A program made the translations under genes and the position numbers. DNA of 64,000 nucleotides from Segetibacter sp. (GTDB lineage: Bacteria; Bacteroidota; Bacteroidia; Chitinophagales; Chitinophagaceae): NCBI GenBank assembly GCA_028288505.1, contig JAQBNN010000224.1, positions 7,778 through 71,777 of the forward strand. The letters run 5' to 3'. This document shows positions 45,519 through 55,594 of the stretch, in pieces; the first letter of the stretch is position 1, and each line of letters starts with the position of its first letter. The notes beneath the pieces are model-generated. The model made no database searches and had not been told where the DNA came from. It saw only the letters and a list, made by a program, of their open reading frames with translations.

Positions 45519-46943
45519 CTATTGGGTCCACTTCAACCATCTGTAAACCTGTATGTATTCGGCGGCGCTTTTATCCCAGCTATTATCAATCTTCATCATC
45601 TGCCTTCTCATTTGTGAAAGCTTTACTTTGTTGGCATAAACTTCAATTGCCCTGCCAACAGAATAATTAATATCCCAAACGCTTGCATGGTTAAACCTAA
45701 GGCCATAGCCACCCTTATCACCCATATCAACAACAGTATCTTGTAAGCCGCCTGTACTTCTCACCATTGGTACAGTGCCGTACCGCATTGCATACATTTG
45801 GTTTAGTCCGCATGGTTCTACCCTGCTCGGCATCAACAAAAAGTCTGCGCCAGCATACATCTGGTGACTTAATTTCTCATTATATCCTATTACAGCATTG
45901 TATCTACCTGCGAACTCATGCACCATTGTTCCAAGCTCCCATTCAACATGTGGTTCGCCGCTACCAAGAATAAGAAAGTTTACGTCGTTGCCATAGTCAT
46001 GAAAACACGAGCGGATAGCCGATGGTAAAATATCTGCAGCTTTTTCTCCAACCAATCTTCCTATAAAAACGATCAAAGGTTTATCAATGTCGAGATTAAA
46101 TTCTTTGCACAAAACCCGTTTGTTGGCCAGCTTACCTTCCTTGGTATTTTTAGACGAGAAGTTTTTAGCTAACAACGGATCGGTTGCAGGGTCCCAAACG
46201 TCATTGTCTATACCGTTGAGTATGCCAAGGCATTTGCCTTTTTCATACTCGAAAAGATTTTCTAAACCGTTTGCTTCAATACGCAACTCTTCTAAATAAC
46301 TCCAGCTAACGGTTGTTACCCTGTCAGCACATTTGATAGCCGAAGCCAAAGGATTGATGGTGTTTTTCCAATCAAGCATTCCCCACTTGTAAGGGTCCCA
46401 TGCAGGAAGATAATGAGATTTGTCCCATCCCATCCATCCCTGGTATTGTGCATTATGAATGGTAAGAACGGTTGGAACATGTGACAGTCCCTGGAATTGG
46501 TAACAATACTTCATCATAAACGGGATAAGGCCGCTATGGTAGTCGTGGCAATGCACTACATCTGGTTTATAGTGCCACTGGTTTATCCAGTCAACTACTG
46601 CCATCTGAAAAGCTGTAAATCTTTCTACATCATCGCTGTAGCCATAAATCTTTTCGCGATCAAGGAGACTGTATATGTCAACAAGATAAAGGTCAAATCC
46701 TAATTTACTAGTTGCTTCTTTTATTATGGTGTAATGAAGAAACTGGCTACCTAAATAAATGTGGCCCTTGTAATCAACAACCCATTCGTTGTCAGCCAGG
46801 AACTTCGTCCTGTACATGGGCAAAACAACTTTAGCATTATTACCAATAGAGTTTTGGTATTTAGGTAAAGCACCTACAACATCTCCCAATCCGCCAGCTT
46901 TTGCAACAGGATAACATTCTGCACTTACATGTAATATTTCCAT
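45519..46943 (-). CDS. glgA: Glycogen synthase
   Basis: KAGGLGDV, HCHDYH, TIHNAQYQG, PSRVEPCGLNQM. Confidence 0.95.
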   Translation of the reverse strand: MEILHVSAECYPVAKAGGLGDVVGALPKYQNSIGNNAKVVLPMYRTKFLADNEWVVDYKGHIYLGSQFLHYTIIKEATSKLGFDLYLVDIYSLLDREKIYGYSDDVERFTAFQMAVVDWINQWHYKPDVVHCHDYHSGLIPFMMKYCYQFQGLSHVPTVLTIHNAQYQGWMGWDKSHYLPAWDPYKWGMLDWKNTINPLASAIKCADRVTTVSWSYLEELRIEANGLENLFEYEKGKCLGILNGIDNDVWDPATDPLLAKNFSSKNTKEGKLANKRVLCKEFNLDIDKPLIVFIGRLVGEKAADILPSAIRSCFHDYGNDVNFLILGSGEPHVEWELGTMVHEFAGRYNAVIGYNEKLSHQMYAGADFLLMPSRVEPCGLNQMYAMRYGTVPMVRSTGGLQDTVVDMGDKGGYGLRFNHASVWDINYSVGRAIEVYANKVKLSQMRRQMMKIDNSWDKSAAEYIQVYRWLKWTQ

Positions 46944-47128
46944 AGTTCCGGTTCCGTTAGTAAAAATACGAATTCAAGTTATGAAGCTTTTTTAATTCTT
47001 TTAAGAATAAGTGAAGTACATATTTTTTGGAAAGTAATAAAAGTAGAACGATGAAAAATTTTTAGCCCTCGAATACAAAAACACTTTTACTTTGATAACA
47101 TTACAACAAACTGCAAAAATCTTGCTAT

Positions 47129-48598
47129 ATGAATCAATCGACGAGATGGCCACAAATGATCACTCTTATTTCTGTATTCTTTTTCTGGGGCTTTGTTGCT
47201 GCAAGTAACGACATCCTTATCCCGGTTTTTAAAGAGGAGCTTAACCTTGAGCAATGGCAATCACAAATGATTTCATTTGCTTTTTATGTAGCTTATACGG
47301 TTGGTTCCATTGTTTACTTTCTATTATCAAGAGCTTTTGGGGCTGACATATTGAATAGGATCGGGTATAAGAATGGTATTGCTTTGGGCCTGGTGATTTC
47401 TGCAATTGGTACTTTATTGTTTTACCCTGCTGCAGAAAGTGCATCCTTCTATTTAATGATTACAGGTTTATTTATCGTTGGACTTGGCTTCTCATTACAA
47501 CAGACAGCAGCAAACCCCTTAGCCATTGTAATGGGTGATCCTAAAAAGGGTTCACAGCGTTTAAGTTTGGCCGGTGGTATAAACAACCTTGGTACCACCA
47601 TCGGACCAGTCCTTGTAAGTTTTGCCATCTTCGGTTCTATATCCGTGGGAGGAACAGCCAATGTCGCAAGCATAGAAGCTGTTAAAACACCATACTTAAT
47701 ATTAGGTGCTTTCTTTTTATTAGTAGCTATAATTTTCAAATTTTCTTCTCTACCCAATAAGATAGAACTTGACCAGGAAGAAGTAAAAGACACAACAGCT
47801 ACCACACTTACTCAACCTGCTTCAAAAAAATCAGCGCTTAATTATACACAACTTGTAATGGGTATGATAGGAATATTTGTATATGTGGGGGTAGAGGTTT
47901 CCACAGCAAGTAACCTTCCTGAATTCATGAAACAAGAGTTACAAACTTCTACAGAAAGTGTTGCACCTTTCGTTTCTCTTTACTGGGCTAGTCTTATGAT
48001 TGGTAGGTGGACTGCATCTATCGGTGCCTTTGATCTTTCCAAAAGAACAAGACAAATACTTGGCTTTATAATGCCTTACCTCGCTTTTGCAGTTTTCTTA
48101 TTGATTAATAAAATGGCTAACCACGATCTTACTCCTTTTTATGTGTATGCCATTTGTATTGTCGCCTTGGTAATTGCTGATTTCGCCAGTAAAGGAAACC
48201 CTGCCCGGCAGTTATTAATTTTCTCTACTATGGGAATTATTGCTCTTTTTATAGGTATGCTTTCTTCAGGAATGGTTAGTGTTTACGCCTTTATAAGCGT
48301 AGGTCTATTCTGCTCAACACTGTGGCCTTGTATTTTTACCTTAGCCATTGCTGGACTGGGCAAGCACACAAATGAAGGGGCAAGCTTTTTAATTATGATG
48401 ATCATGGGAGGCGGTGTAATAAGCCTTCTTCAAGGTTATTTAGCGAAAGACGAATTGCTCGGAATTCAATGGTCTTACCTTGTAGGTGTTGCATGTTTTG
48501 CATACCTCGCATTTTATGCCATAAGGGCTAAGGCGATATTAAAAGCACAGGGAATAGATTATGATATGCCTACAACAGGTGCATCTGATCCTCATTAA
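47129..48598 (+). CDS. FucP/GluP-type sugar MFS transporter
   Basis: FFWGF...NDILIP, LQQTAANP, FVYVGVEV, GLFCSTLWP. Confidence 0.85.
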   Translation: MNQSTRWPQMITLISVFFFWGFVAASNDILIPVFKEELNLEQWQSQMISFAFYVAYTVGSIVYFLLSRAFGADILNRIGYKNGIALGLVISAIGTLLFYPAAESASFYLMITGLFIVGLGFSLQQTAANPLAIVMGDPKKGSQRLSLAGGINNLGTTIGPVLVSFAIFGSISVGGTANVASIEAVKTPYLILGAFFLLVAIIFKFSSLPNKIELDQEEVKDTTATTLTQPASKKSALNYTQLVMGMIGIFVYVGVEVSTASNLPEFMKQELQTSTESVAPFVSLYWASLMIGRWTASIGAFDLSKRTRQILGFIMPYLAFAVFLLINKMANHDLTPFYVYAICIVALVIADFASKGNPARQLLIFSTMGIIALFIGMLSSGMVSVYAFISVGLFCSTLWPCIFTLAIAGLGKHTNEGASFLIMMIMGGGVISLLQGYLAKDELLGIQWSYLVGVACFAYLAFYAIRAKAILKAQGIDYDMPTTGASDPH

Positions 48599-48620
48599 TT
48601 GTAACACATAAACCATTGTT

Positions 48621-49598
48621 ATGGCTTTACCACTTCAAGATAAATTAGCTATAGGAATAGACATCGGCGGCACATCTACCAAAATCGGAATTGTAGATTC
48701 CGAAGGAGATATAAAATTCAGAACAGAATTGTCAAGTACAGATAACAATTCTATAGAGGAGTTTATTGACCAGCTTTACGATAAGCTTTACCCGATAATA
48801 GAGCAACATGGCGGTAATGACTTAATCCATGGTATAGGTATTGGTGCGCCTAATGGGAACTACTATACAGGTACTATTGATTATGCTCCTAACCTTAAGT
48901 GGAAAGGTATTATCCCACTTGCTTTCCTTATCAATAAAAGATTCAACCTTCCCGCTATTTTAACCAACGATGCTAATGCTGCAGCTGTTGGAGAAATGAT
49001 TTATGGAGCTGCAAAGGGAATGAAAGACTTTATTATGATCACCCTAGGAACTGGTGTGGGAAGCGGCATTGTTGCAAATGGCCAATTAATTTACGGCCAT
49101 GATGGCTTTGCCGGTGAACTGGGCCATACCACCATAATTCCAAACGGCAGGTTTCATCCTGGTACTAATATGTATGGAACGTTAGAAGTATATGCCTCAG
49201 CTACCGGCGTAAGACGTACTGCTATAGAGCTAATAGCTAGTTCAAACGAAGAAAGTTTGCTTCGTGCAATACCTGAAGATAAAATAGACAGCAAGGCAGT
49301 ATACGATTGCGCTATAAAAGGTGACGCAATTGCAAAAGAGGTTTTTAGATTCACCGGCGAAGTTTTAGGAAAAGCACTTGCCAATTTTGTAATGTTCTCG
49401 AGCCCGGAAGCAATTATCTTGTTTGGTGGAGTTACCAAAGCAGGAGACCTGATAATTAACCCAACAAGGGAACATATGGAAGCAAATGTGTTACCCATTT
49501 TCAGGAATAAAGTAAAGCTGATCTTCAGTCAACTAAAGGAAGCTGACGCTGCTATTTTAGGAGCAAGCGCCTTAGTGTGGGGGACAGAAATTAAATAA
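48621..49598 (+). CDS. ROK family sugar kinase (probable glucokinase)
   Basis: GIDIGGT, NDANAAA.GE, TLGTGVGSG, AGELGH; the usual ROK zinc Cys motif is absent. Confidence 0.85.
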   Translation: MALPLQDKLAIGIDIGGTSTKIGIVDSEGDIKFRTELSSTDNNSIEEFIDQLYDKLYPIIEQHGGNDLIHGIGIGAPNGNYYTGTIDYAPNLKWKGIIPLAFLINKRFNLPAILTNDANAAAVGEMIYGAAKGMKDFIMITLGTGVGSGIVANGQLIYGHDGFAGELGHTTIIPNGRFHPGTNMYGTLEVYASATGVRRTAIELIASSNEESLLRAIPEDKIDSKAVYDCAIKGDAIAKEVFRFTGEVLGKALANFVMFSSPEAIILFGGVTKAGDLIINPTREHMEANVLPIFRNKVKLIFSQLKEADAAILGASALVWGTEIK

Positions 49599-49599
49599 A

Positions 49600-49627
49600 A
49601 AAAGGGATGGCTTACACCATCCCTTTT
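49600..49627. terminator. Bidirectional terminator
   Basis: AAAAGGGATGG-CTTACA-CCATCCCTTTT. Confidence 0.8.
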
Positions 49628-49645
49628 AAGTATTTCTAATTCTTA

Positions 49646-50158
49646 TTACTGCAATTTTAAAACAGGATTTAGTACAAAGCCGGCGTTCTTATCAGAAGAC
49701 GACGATACCCTTGGATCAAAACTTATAACTACCTTCTCTTCACTTAAATTAAGTTTCCTGCCTACTTTAATAGTCATGTTCTTCTCATAATTTGCTACAA
49801 GGCTTAAAGGATAAGTAATCTCACCAATCGTAATTGTACTTCTATTGCCCAAAACAAAACGTACTTCACTAACAATTGAAGTTGCAGCAACAGGCCCTGA
49901 GGCCACCGCCGTATCAACACCATGGCCGTAGTTGGCTAAATTATAAAGCGCTTTCTTTGTCGGCAATACCTTCCACGATGTATCCTTCGAAGTTTTAATT
50001 CTCACTTCTTCAATGTCAATATTTACTTGCTGCACAATTTCGCCACCATTCGCTAATCTTACCTGGAATGTACTGTTGACTTCGTACACAAGTTTGCCGC
50101 ATCCAAAACTTATAAGCACTATACAAATAGTAGAAAACAGGATTGTACTTTTCTTCAT
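49646..50158 (-). CDS. Lipoprotein, DUF4382-like
   Basis: Lipobox SFGC; VNIDIEEVRI, VSEVRFVLG, LNPVLK. Confidence 0.6.
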   Translation of the reverse strand: MKKSTILFSTICIVLISFGCGKLVYEVNSTFQVRLANGGEIVQQVNIDIEEVRIKTSKDTSWKVLPTKKALYNLANYGHGVDTAVASGPVAATSIVSEVRFVLGNRSTITIGEITYPLSLVANYEKNMTIKVGRKLNLSEEKVVISFDPRVSSSSDKNAGFVLNPVLKLQ

Positions 50159-50218
50159 TATATAATATTAAACTTATATCCAATCTTATACACACAAACA
50201 AAGTGATTGTGAACAGTT

Positions 50219-50276
50219 TTGTTTTGGACCCAATCTTATTAACACTACTTTACATCGTTGCGTCGCACTCTTCAGC
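50219..50276 (-). repeat. Element copy 25 (A)
   Basis: Reverse complement reads GAAGAGTGCGACGCAACGATGTAAAGTAGTG...ATTGGGTCCAAAAC. Confidence 0.85.
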
Positions 50277-50376
50277 TTGTGTAATTTTATTGGGCGCATT
50301 CAAAAGATTGCTGTTCCTTATTAGCATAACGCTACAAATATTAATATAACTATCTAAATACTTTATTAAACCCTAT

Positions 50377-51387
50377 TTAATTTCTCTTAATTATAAATAC
50401 TGCAGGCACAGCCCGCTCTCCTTCTTTATCACTTGGTAAAATAGTTTCTTTACCATTTACAAGCATACAACTACTGCCACCACCGTCAAAATTTAAAGCT
50501 TCCCAACAACTAAGGTCTTTTAAAATGTTTGCTTCCTGCACAAGTGTGGCACCTTCTGCTTTGCCAGCAACCCGTCCTTGTATAACCAAAATTATAAGTC
50601 TGCCATCTTTTGTATAACCCATTGCTGTTCTGGGATGCTTATCGCTGATCCCTTTGCCTACAAATTTTCTTTCTTCATTGTTCGTTATGCGTACAGCGCC
50701 ATCGTGTAGCAAAACGGGACCTCCACCTATAGCTGTCTGCATTTTCCAGCTTTCATCAATTCCCAATCTTCTTTTTCTGGTAGGATAATGGTGCAAGGAC
50801 GGAGCATAGGTGTACTTGCTTGACTTCGGCAAAGGGTCTGTTATAACTTTTGGATTCTTTTCAAACGCAACAGCATACTTCCTTGCTGAATCAGTAAAGA
50901 GCCATCCAACATCTGCTTTTCTTTTTTTTGTTATTCCTAACGCACTACCTGATATGTGATGATACGTAAAAGTATCCTTGCCTTTTGCGGGAATGTCATT
51001 TACATTATAGCTCACCATTTTGCCTTCTTTAATAACGATGTTCAAATTCTGGTTCGTGGCAAATGAAAAGAATGTTCCGTTTACTACCAGCAATGGATTA
51101 TCGTTTTTAGTGTAAAAAGCTTTTGGCGTAAGTCGTCTTTTGTAGGTAGTATCTGTTTTAAATTCTAAATGCCTACTCTTCAGTTTCGCTTCAACATAAT
51201 AGGCAATGTTGGGCTTGCCATCTAATGTGTCGTTTGAATAATAAACATGAAAGTCTTTAGGCAAAAGACCAAACAAAGAATCGACGTTCGTCCACTTAAG
51301 TTGGGCTGAACTTATAATTGGCAGAAGGAAAATAATTGAAAGAACGTTTTTCATATTGATGGATGGAATGATTCGTGAGAGCCTCAT
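50377..51387 (-). CDS. Exported phosphodiester glycosidase (NAGPA-like) protein
   Basis: VNGTFF, AIGGGPVL, HPRTAMG, ALNFDGGGSS; the start may be the downstream MKN. Confidence 0.8.
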   Translation of the reverse strand: MRLSRIIPSINMKNVLSIIFLLPIISSAQLKWTNVDSLFGLLPKDFHVYYSNDTLDGKPNIAYYVEAKLKSRHLEFKTDTTYKRRLTPKAFYTKNDNPLLVVNGTFFSFATNQNLNIVIKEGKMVSYNVNDIPAKGKDTFTYHHISGSALGITKKRKADVGWLFTDSARKYAVAFEKNPKVITDPLPKSSKYTYAPSLHHYPTRKRRLGIDESWKMQTAIGGGPVLLHDGAVRITNNEERKFVGKGISDKHPRTAMGYTKDGRLIILVIQGRVAGKAEGATLVQEANILKDLSCWEALNFDGGGSSCMLVNGKETILPSDKEGERAVPAVFIIKRN

Positions 51388-51423
51388 TGTTTTGGTATTT
51401 AAGAGCTGCGTGAAGATCTAAAA

Positions 51424-51478
51424 GTACAAGTGAGTGACACAACGATGTTGAAAGTAGTTTATTAGTTGGTAACCAAAT
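51424..51478 (+). repeat. Element copy 26 (B)
   Basis: GTACAAGTGAGTGACACAACGATG...AGTTGGTAACCAAAT. Confidence 0.9.
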
Positions 51479-51483
51479 CTTCC

Positions 51484-51525
51484 TATAAAAAGAATGGCTG
51501 CCCGAGGACAGCCATTCTTTTTATA
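51484..51525 (-). terminator. lipA terminator overlapping the stop codon
   Basis: 17-bp stem TATAAAAAGAATGGCTG/CAGCCATTCTTTTTATA. Confidence 0.8.
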
Positions 51526-52456
51526 CTAACATCATTTCTTTTTCTGCTTGCCATTTCTCGCGGCCGTAACCTTTAATCACGTGTCGTTCACTGTGGTAAG
51601 AGGAACGAACTAACGGACCACTCTCCACGTAATCAAAACCCAGTTCGTATCCAATGTCTCTCAACTCTGCAAATTCATTGGGGTGTACAAAGCGATGAAC
51701 CGGTAAATGTTTTTTTGTTGGCTGCAAGTACTGACCCAAGGTAAGCACATCAACGCCAACTGCTACAAGGTCTTCCATAGCCTGAACTACTTCTTCCTTT
51801 TTTTCGCCAAGACCAAGCATGATGCCGGTTTTGGTACGCATGCCGCCTTCTTTTAAAGTACGCAACACTTCAAGGCTGCGGCGATATTTTGCCTGTATGC
51901 GAACCTGCTTCGATAGTCTTTCAACCGTTTCCATATTGTGACTTACCACTTCAGGTGCTGCATCAATAATACGTTGTACCTGGTCAGTATAACCTTTAAA
52001 ATCGGGTATTAAAGTTTCTAAAGTAGTGTCGGGGTTTAAAGCTTTAACTGCTTTGATGGTATTGTACCAAATGATTGAGCCGCCATCTTTTAATTCATCG
52101 CGATCAACGCTAGTAAGTACTGCGTGCTTTACACGCATTAGGTTTATAGCTTCGGCTACGCGTTGTGGCTCGTCCCAATCAACAGGATCAGGGCGACCGG
52201 TAGCTACGGCACAAAAGCCGCAACTGCGGGTGCAGGTGTTACCGAGTATCATAAAGGTTGCAGTTCCTTCGCCCCAGCATTCGCCCATGTTAGGGCAGTT
52301 GCCACTCTCGCAAATTGTATGCAACTTATGCGTATCAACTAAACCACGAACGTGCTTATAACTCTCACCAATTGGAAGTTTTACCCTTAGCCAATCTGGT
52401 TTTTTTATTTTTGAAGTGCTCTCGTCTATCTTAGCCACTACAGGTAATTCTATCAT
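51521..52456 (-). CDS. lipA: Lipoyl synthase
   Basis: [12 protein letters not shown] (CX4CX5C), CTRSCGFC radical SAM motif, GPLVRSSYH. Confidence 0.97.
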   Translation of the reverse strand: MIELPVVAKIDESTSKIKKPDWLRVKLPIGESYKHVRGLVDTHKLHTICESGNCPNMGECWGEGTATFMILGNTCTRSCGFCAVATGRPDPVDWDEPQRVAEAINLMRVKHAVLTSVDRDELKDGGSIIWYNTIKAVKALNPDTTLETLIPDFKGYTDQVQRIIDAAPEVVSHNMETVERLSKQVRIQAKYRRSLEVLRTLKEGGMRTKTGIMLGLGEKKEEVVQAMEDLVAVGVDVLTLGQYLQPTKKHLPVHRFVHPNEFAELRDIGYELGFDYVESGPLVRSSYHSERHVIKGYGREKWQAEKEMMLV

Positions 52457-52589
52457 TACGCTACCGCTTTGTTAATTGAAAAATTTTGATGGACAGGTTG
52501 TTTTGGTTGTTACTCTCGCTGTAAATACACTAACGGTAATTGCGGGAAAGGAACAAGTTGCTTAAGAAGCGCAGCGTAAAGAACCCTTA

Positions 52590-52646
52590 GTACAAGAGTG
52601 CGACGCAACGGAAGCTAAATAAGCATTTACAGCCGGGGCCAAAAAT
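52590..52646 (+). repeat. Element copy 27 (A)
   Basis: GTACAAGAGTGCGACGCAACGGAAG...CAGCCGGGGCCAAAAAT. Confidence 0.9.
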
Positions 52647-52649
52647 ACA

Positions 52650-53450
52650 CTACTTTCTTTTACCGAAGACAATGGCGGCATAAGCATTAAAAAACAATTG
52701 CTTTTCCTTATTTAAAAGTAGTATGGGCATTTTTTGAGAGTAGAACTCGGCACCTAATCCAACTTCGATTGCACTTACCACTTCGTTGTAGCGACCGTAA
52801 TCGAAACGAAGGGCGGTTTTTGCAAACCCACCAGGAACAAATTTAATTTCGTTAAACCCTTTGCCAAACCCTGAAGCACCAATAATGTCGGTAGCGGACA
52901 AGAAAACAGCATTGTTGTTGTTGTATTTAATTTGCTCCTGTTCGTTTCGTGCATTATTTACAGTTATGTAGTATGGTTTTAATAACCCTGCACTAAAACC
53001 TCCGCCGTAAAGCGCTGAAACAGCAACGCCATTTTTATTACCTTTTACGCCCAGCAAACGCTGCTGCCCGTAGCCAAGTTTAGTAAAATAAAAATTATTG
53101 ATTTTGCCGTAAATAAATGGGTTGCCAACTGCAAAACCCAAAACTCCCCTCGATAATTTGTCTTCTTTAGGGTGCTTGCGCTCACCAATTTCTAGGCTGT
53201 AAAGTGATGTTTTTACTGGAGTCTTCAATATGCCGAGTTCGTAAAAAGCACTGTACCCATCGCTGTAAAGCCTTACGCCAAAGGCGTTTTGCTTATGAAA
53301 AATCATTGCTCCTTCTTCTTCCTGCTTTTGCAATAATTGTATTTTTTCCTTCCTATCTTCTTTCTTTTGGTTCCGGGTTTCTTTGCGTTGCTGCGAAAAA
53401 GCTGAGGTAGCAACCAATGCGCAAAACGTTACAAAAACGACTTTCTTCAC
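52650..53450 (-). CDS. Exported hypothetical protein, possibly an outer-membrane beta-barrel
   Basis: Signal peptide from GTG at 53450 (MKKVVF...AFSQ); alternating beta-strand pattern and an aromatic-rich C-terminus. Confidence 0.7.
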   Translation of the reverse strand: MKKVVFVTFCALVATSAFSQQRKETRNQKKEDRKEKIQLLQKQEEEGAMIFHKQNAFGVRLYSDGYSAFYELGILKTPVKTSLYSLEIGERKHPKEDKLSRGVLGFAVGNPFIYGKINNFYFTKLGYGQQRLLGVKGNKNGVAVSALYGGGFSAGLLKPYYITVNNARNEQEQIKYNNNNAVFLSATDIIGASGFGKGFNEIKFVPGGFAKTALRFDYGRYNEVVSAIEVGLGAEFYSQKMPILLLNKEKQLFFNAYAAIVFGKRK

Positions 53451-53494
53451 GTTGATTTGATTTGATACTTGTAAATTTAGGCAAAAACAATTCA

Positions 53495-53899
53495 ATGACA
53501 GCACAGATAATATATAAAGGAAACTTAAGAACATCGGCCACACACTTGCAAAGCGGAACGGAGATAGAAACGGATGCGCCGGTTGACAACCAAGGCCAAG
53601 GTGAACGCTTTTCGCCCACTGATTTGGTAGCTACTGCTCTCGGAAATTGTATGCTCACCATTATGGGTATTAAAGCAAGGGATTTGAATGTTGACCTAAG
53701 CGGAACGACTGTAGAGGTTACTAAAGTAATGGTAGCCGAGCCCAGACGGATAGGCGAAATAAAAGTGACTTTCACATTCCCAGAAGGTTTTGAGGCCGAT
53801 GATAAACAAAAAACCATTTTGGAAAGAGCTGCAATGACGTGTCCTGTTATTGAAAGCCTGCACCCAAACATTAAGAAAGATGTAACTTTTAACTGGTAG
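53495..53899 (+). CDS. OsmC/Ohr family protein
   Basis: TDAP.DN.G.G..FSPTDL.ATALGNC and TCPV conserved cysteines. Confidence 0.88.
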   Translation: MTAQIIYKGNLRTSATHLQSGTEIETDAPVDNQGQGERFSPTDLVATALGNCMLTIMGIKARDLNVDLSGTTVEVTKVMVAEPRRIGEIKVTFTFPEGFEADDKQKTILERAAMTCPVIESLHPNIKKDVTFNW

Positions 53900-53958
53900 T
53901 TTTTTGGGTTTCCAGCGGTGGTTTTTCATAGCATCATCGTTGTGTCACTCACTTGTAC
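53900..53958 (-). repeat. Element copy 28 (B); abuts the OsmC stop
   Basis: Reverse complement reads GTACAAGTGAGTGACACAACGATGATGCTATGAAAAACCACCGCTGGAAACCCAAAAAA. Confidence 0.9.
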
Positions 53959-54050
53959 TATTGGTTCACTTTTCAGCCGAGCCTGGAATGTGCCGGCACC
54001 AGAACCGTTTATGTTGCCCTAGACTATGGCTCGCACTCTTTATTCTGCGT

Positions 54051-55367
54051 TTAAAGTTTAAATCCCTCCGATTTATTTGCAACAGCACTTAAGGGCGGAG
54101 GAGATTTAAGCAATGAAATGCCAACGGAACAATCAAGACATTTAATATGATCGCAATAGTTATTCTTAAGCTCAATAAGTCCCTGGCTCTCAAGTGCATT
54201 AGTGGATAGTACTTTGTACTTACTCCAGTTTATAGTTATGCTGTTCTTTTCGGCTGGCAATTTTTCTAACCACGTTAAAGCCTTTTCTTTTAGGGCCTCA
54301 TCTTTGTTCTGCAAACCATAAGCAAACAAAACAGGTACAATCGTATTGCTGATAATATTATCAATCATCGTTTGCCCTAATGGTTTTGGTTTGAAAACGG
54401 TTGCTTTGTCGAGCATGTAGTGGTAATGCCAGTAGTCGTTAGGTGTTACATCCAGCAGCTCCCTTACCTTCTCAATTTCTTCTATCTCTTTTATTTTAGA
54501 AAACAGGTGGGACGATGTATGAATAAGCATGGCTAATTGAGCGAGCCGTATTGTTGGGAAGTTAGCAGGACGCATCCGTAAGAAAAAGGGCTTAACGGTT
54601 GACTGTACCAGCTTGTATTTCTTTTGCAGGAACCGGTATTCGCGCTGCAGCAATAAAGGATAATCTTCTTCAAACTTTGCCTCGAGGAATCCTGCCTGGC
54701 CAAAAAGTAAAGCTTCTATTTGCTGTATTTGATTCTTATGTCGTGCTAATATATTTATTGATATGCTTTTTGCGATTGTTTCAAAAACATCTGCATTTAC
54801 TTTAATGCCGAAATTCTTTGCAAGTGCCCACCAAAAAACTTCTTCCCAATGGTTGTTGGCCAGCTTTACATTTTCTAAAACAGTTGCTGCTTTCCGTTGT
54901 AAACGTTCAACTGCTACTCTCTCTTTCCATGCTACCCAGTTCACTTCGTTAAGAACTGGGAGGTGAGGTTGACACGGAACAAAGCCTTTATATAATTTAA
55001 GCGCATCAAACTTTGCAATAACGTGAAATGGAACTTTGTCTTCGAGAACTAAAGTGGGTAATGATTGACTATTTGAATCAAGGATTTCTTCGTTGTGCTG
55101 CCACACAACATGAAGAATGATATTATGATAGTTCTTATCAATAGAGTGATTATGCAATCGCCAGTCAGAGGAAATGACATGCAATTCAATATTGCCGGCC
55201 CAGGTTGTATTATTTATAAGAATGCGTGCATTAAGAAAGTCGGGGCCCTGGTTGTGGTTTAATGTTCCCGGGTGAATCACTTGTAACGGCTCTCCACTTG
55301 ACAGTGCTAATCCCGAATGGTTAAACTGTTGAAAGCGCCACAAATATTGCAGGAACTTTTCCGTCAT
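54051..55367 (-). CDS. DUF2851 family protein
   Basis: GPDF.NA, GNIELH..SSDW..H.H..D.NY, MRPANFPTIRLAQ, C-terminal CxxxxCxxC. Confidence 0.85.
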   Translation of the reverse strand: MTEKFLQYLWRFQQFNHSGLALSSGEPLQVIHPGTLNHNQGPDFLNARILINNTTWAGNIELHVISSDWRLHNHSIDKNYHNIILHVVWQHNEEILDSNSQSLPTLVLEDKVPFHVIAKFDALKLYKGFVPCQPHLPVLNEVNWVAWKERVAVERLQRKAATVLENVKLANNHWEEVFWWALAKNFGIKVNADVFETIAKSISINILARHKNQIQQIEALLFGQAGFLEAKFEEDYPLLLQREYRFLQKKYKLVQSTVKPFFLRMRPANFPTIRLAQLAMLIHTSSHLFSKIKEIEEIEKVRELLDVTPNDYWHYHYMLDKATVFKPKPLGQTMIDNIISNTIVPVLFAYGLQNKDEALKEKALTWLEKLPAEKNSITINWSKYKVLSTNALESQGLIELKNNYCDHIKCLDCSVGISLLKSPPPLSAVANKSEGFKL

Positions 55368-55436
55368 ACACTGATGATTAATGAAACAACGTCATTAATA
55401 TAAGTAATGTTAGGAGCGACGAATAAAGATATAAAA

Positions 55437-55492
55437 GTACAAGTGAGTGACACAACGATGATGCTATGAAGACTACTGTACGTTCCCAAAAT
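55437..55492 (+). repeat. Element copy 29 (B)
   Basis: GTACAAGTGAGTGACACAACGATGATGCTATGAAG...GTACGTTCCCAAAAT. Confidence 0.9.
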
Positions 55493-55594
55493 AAATTAGG
55501 AAGGACTAGAGATTCGCCGCTACTTAAAACTTCTACAAATAATATTGCTGAATAATTTCATATTAAATTAGAATAATTTTAAGTAACGAGCCTT

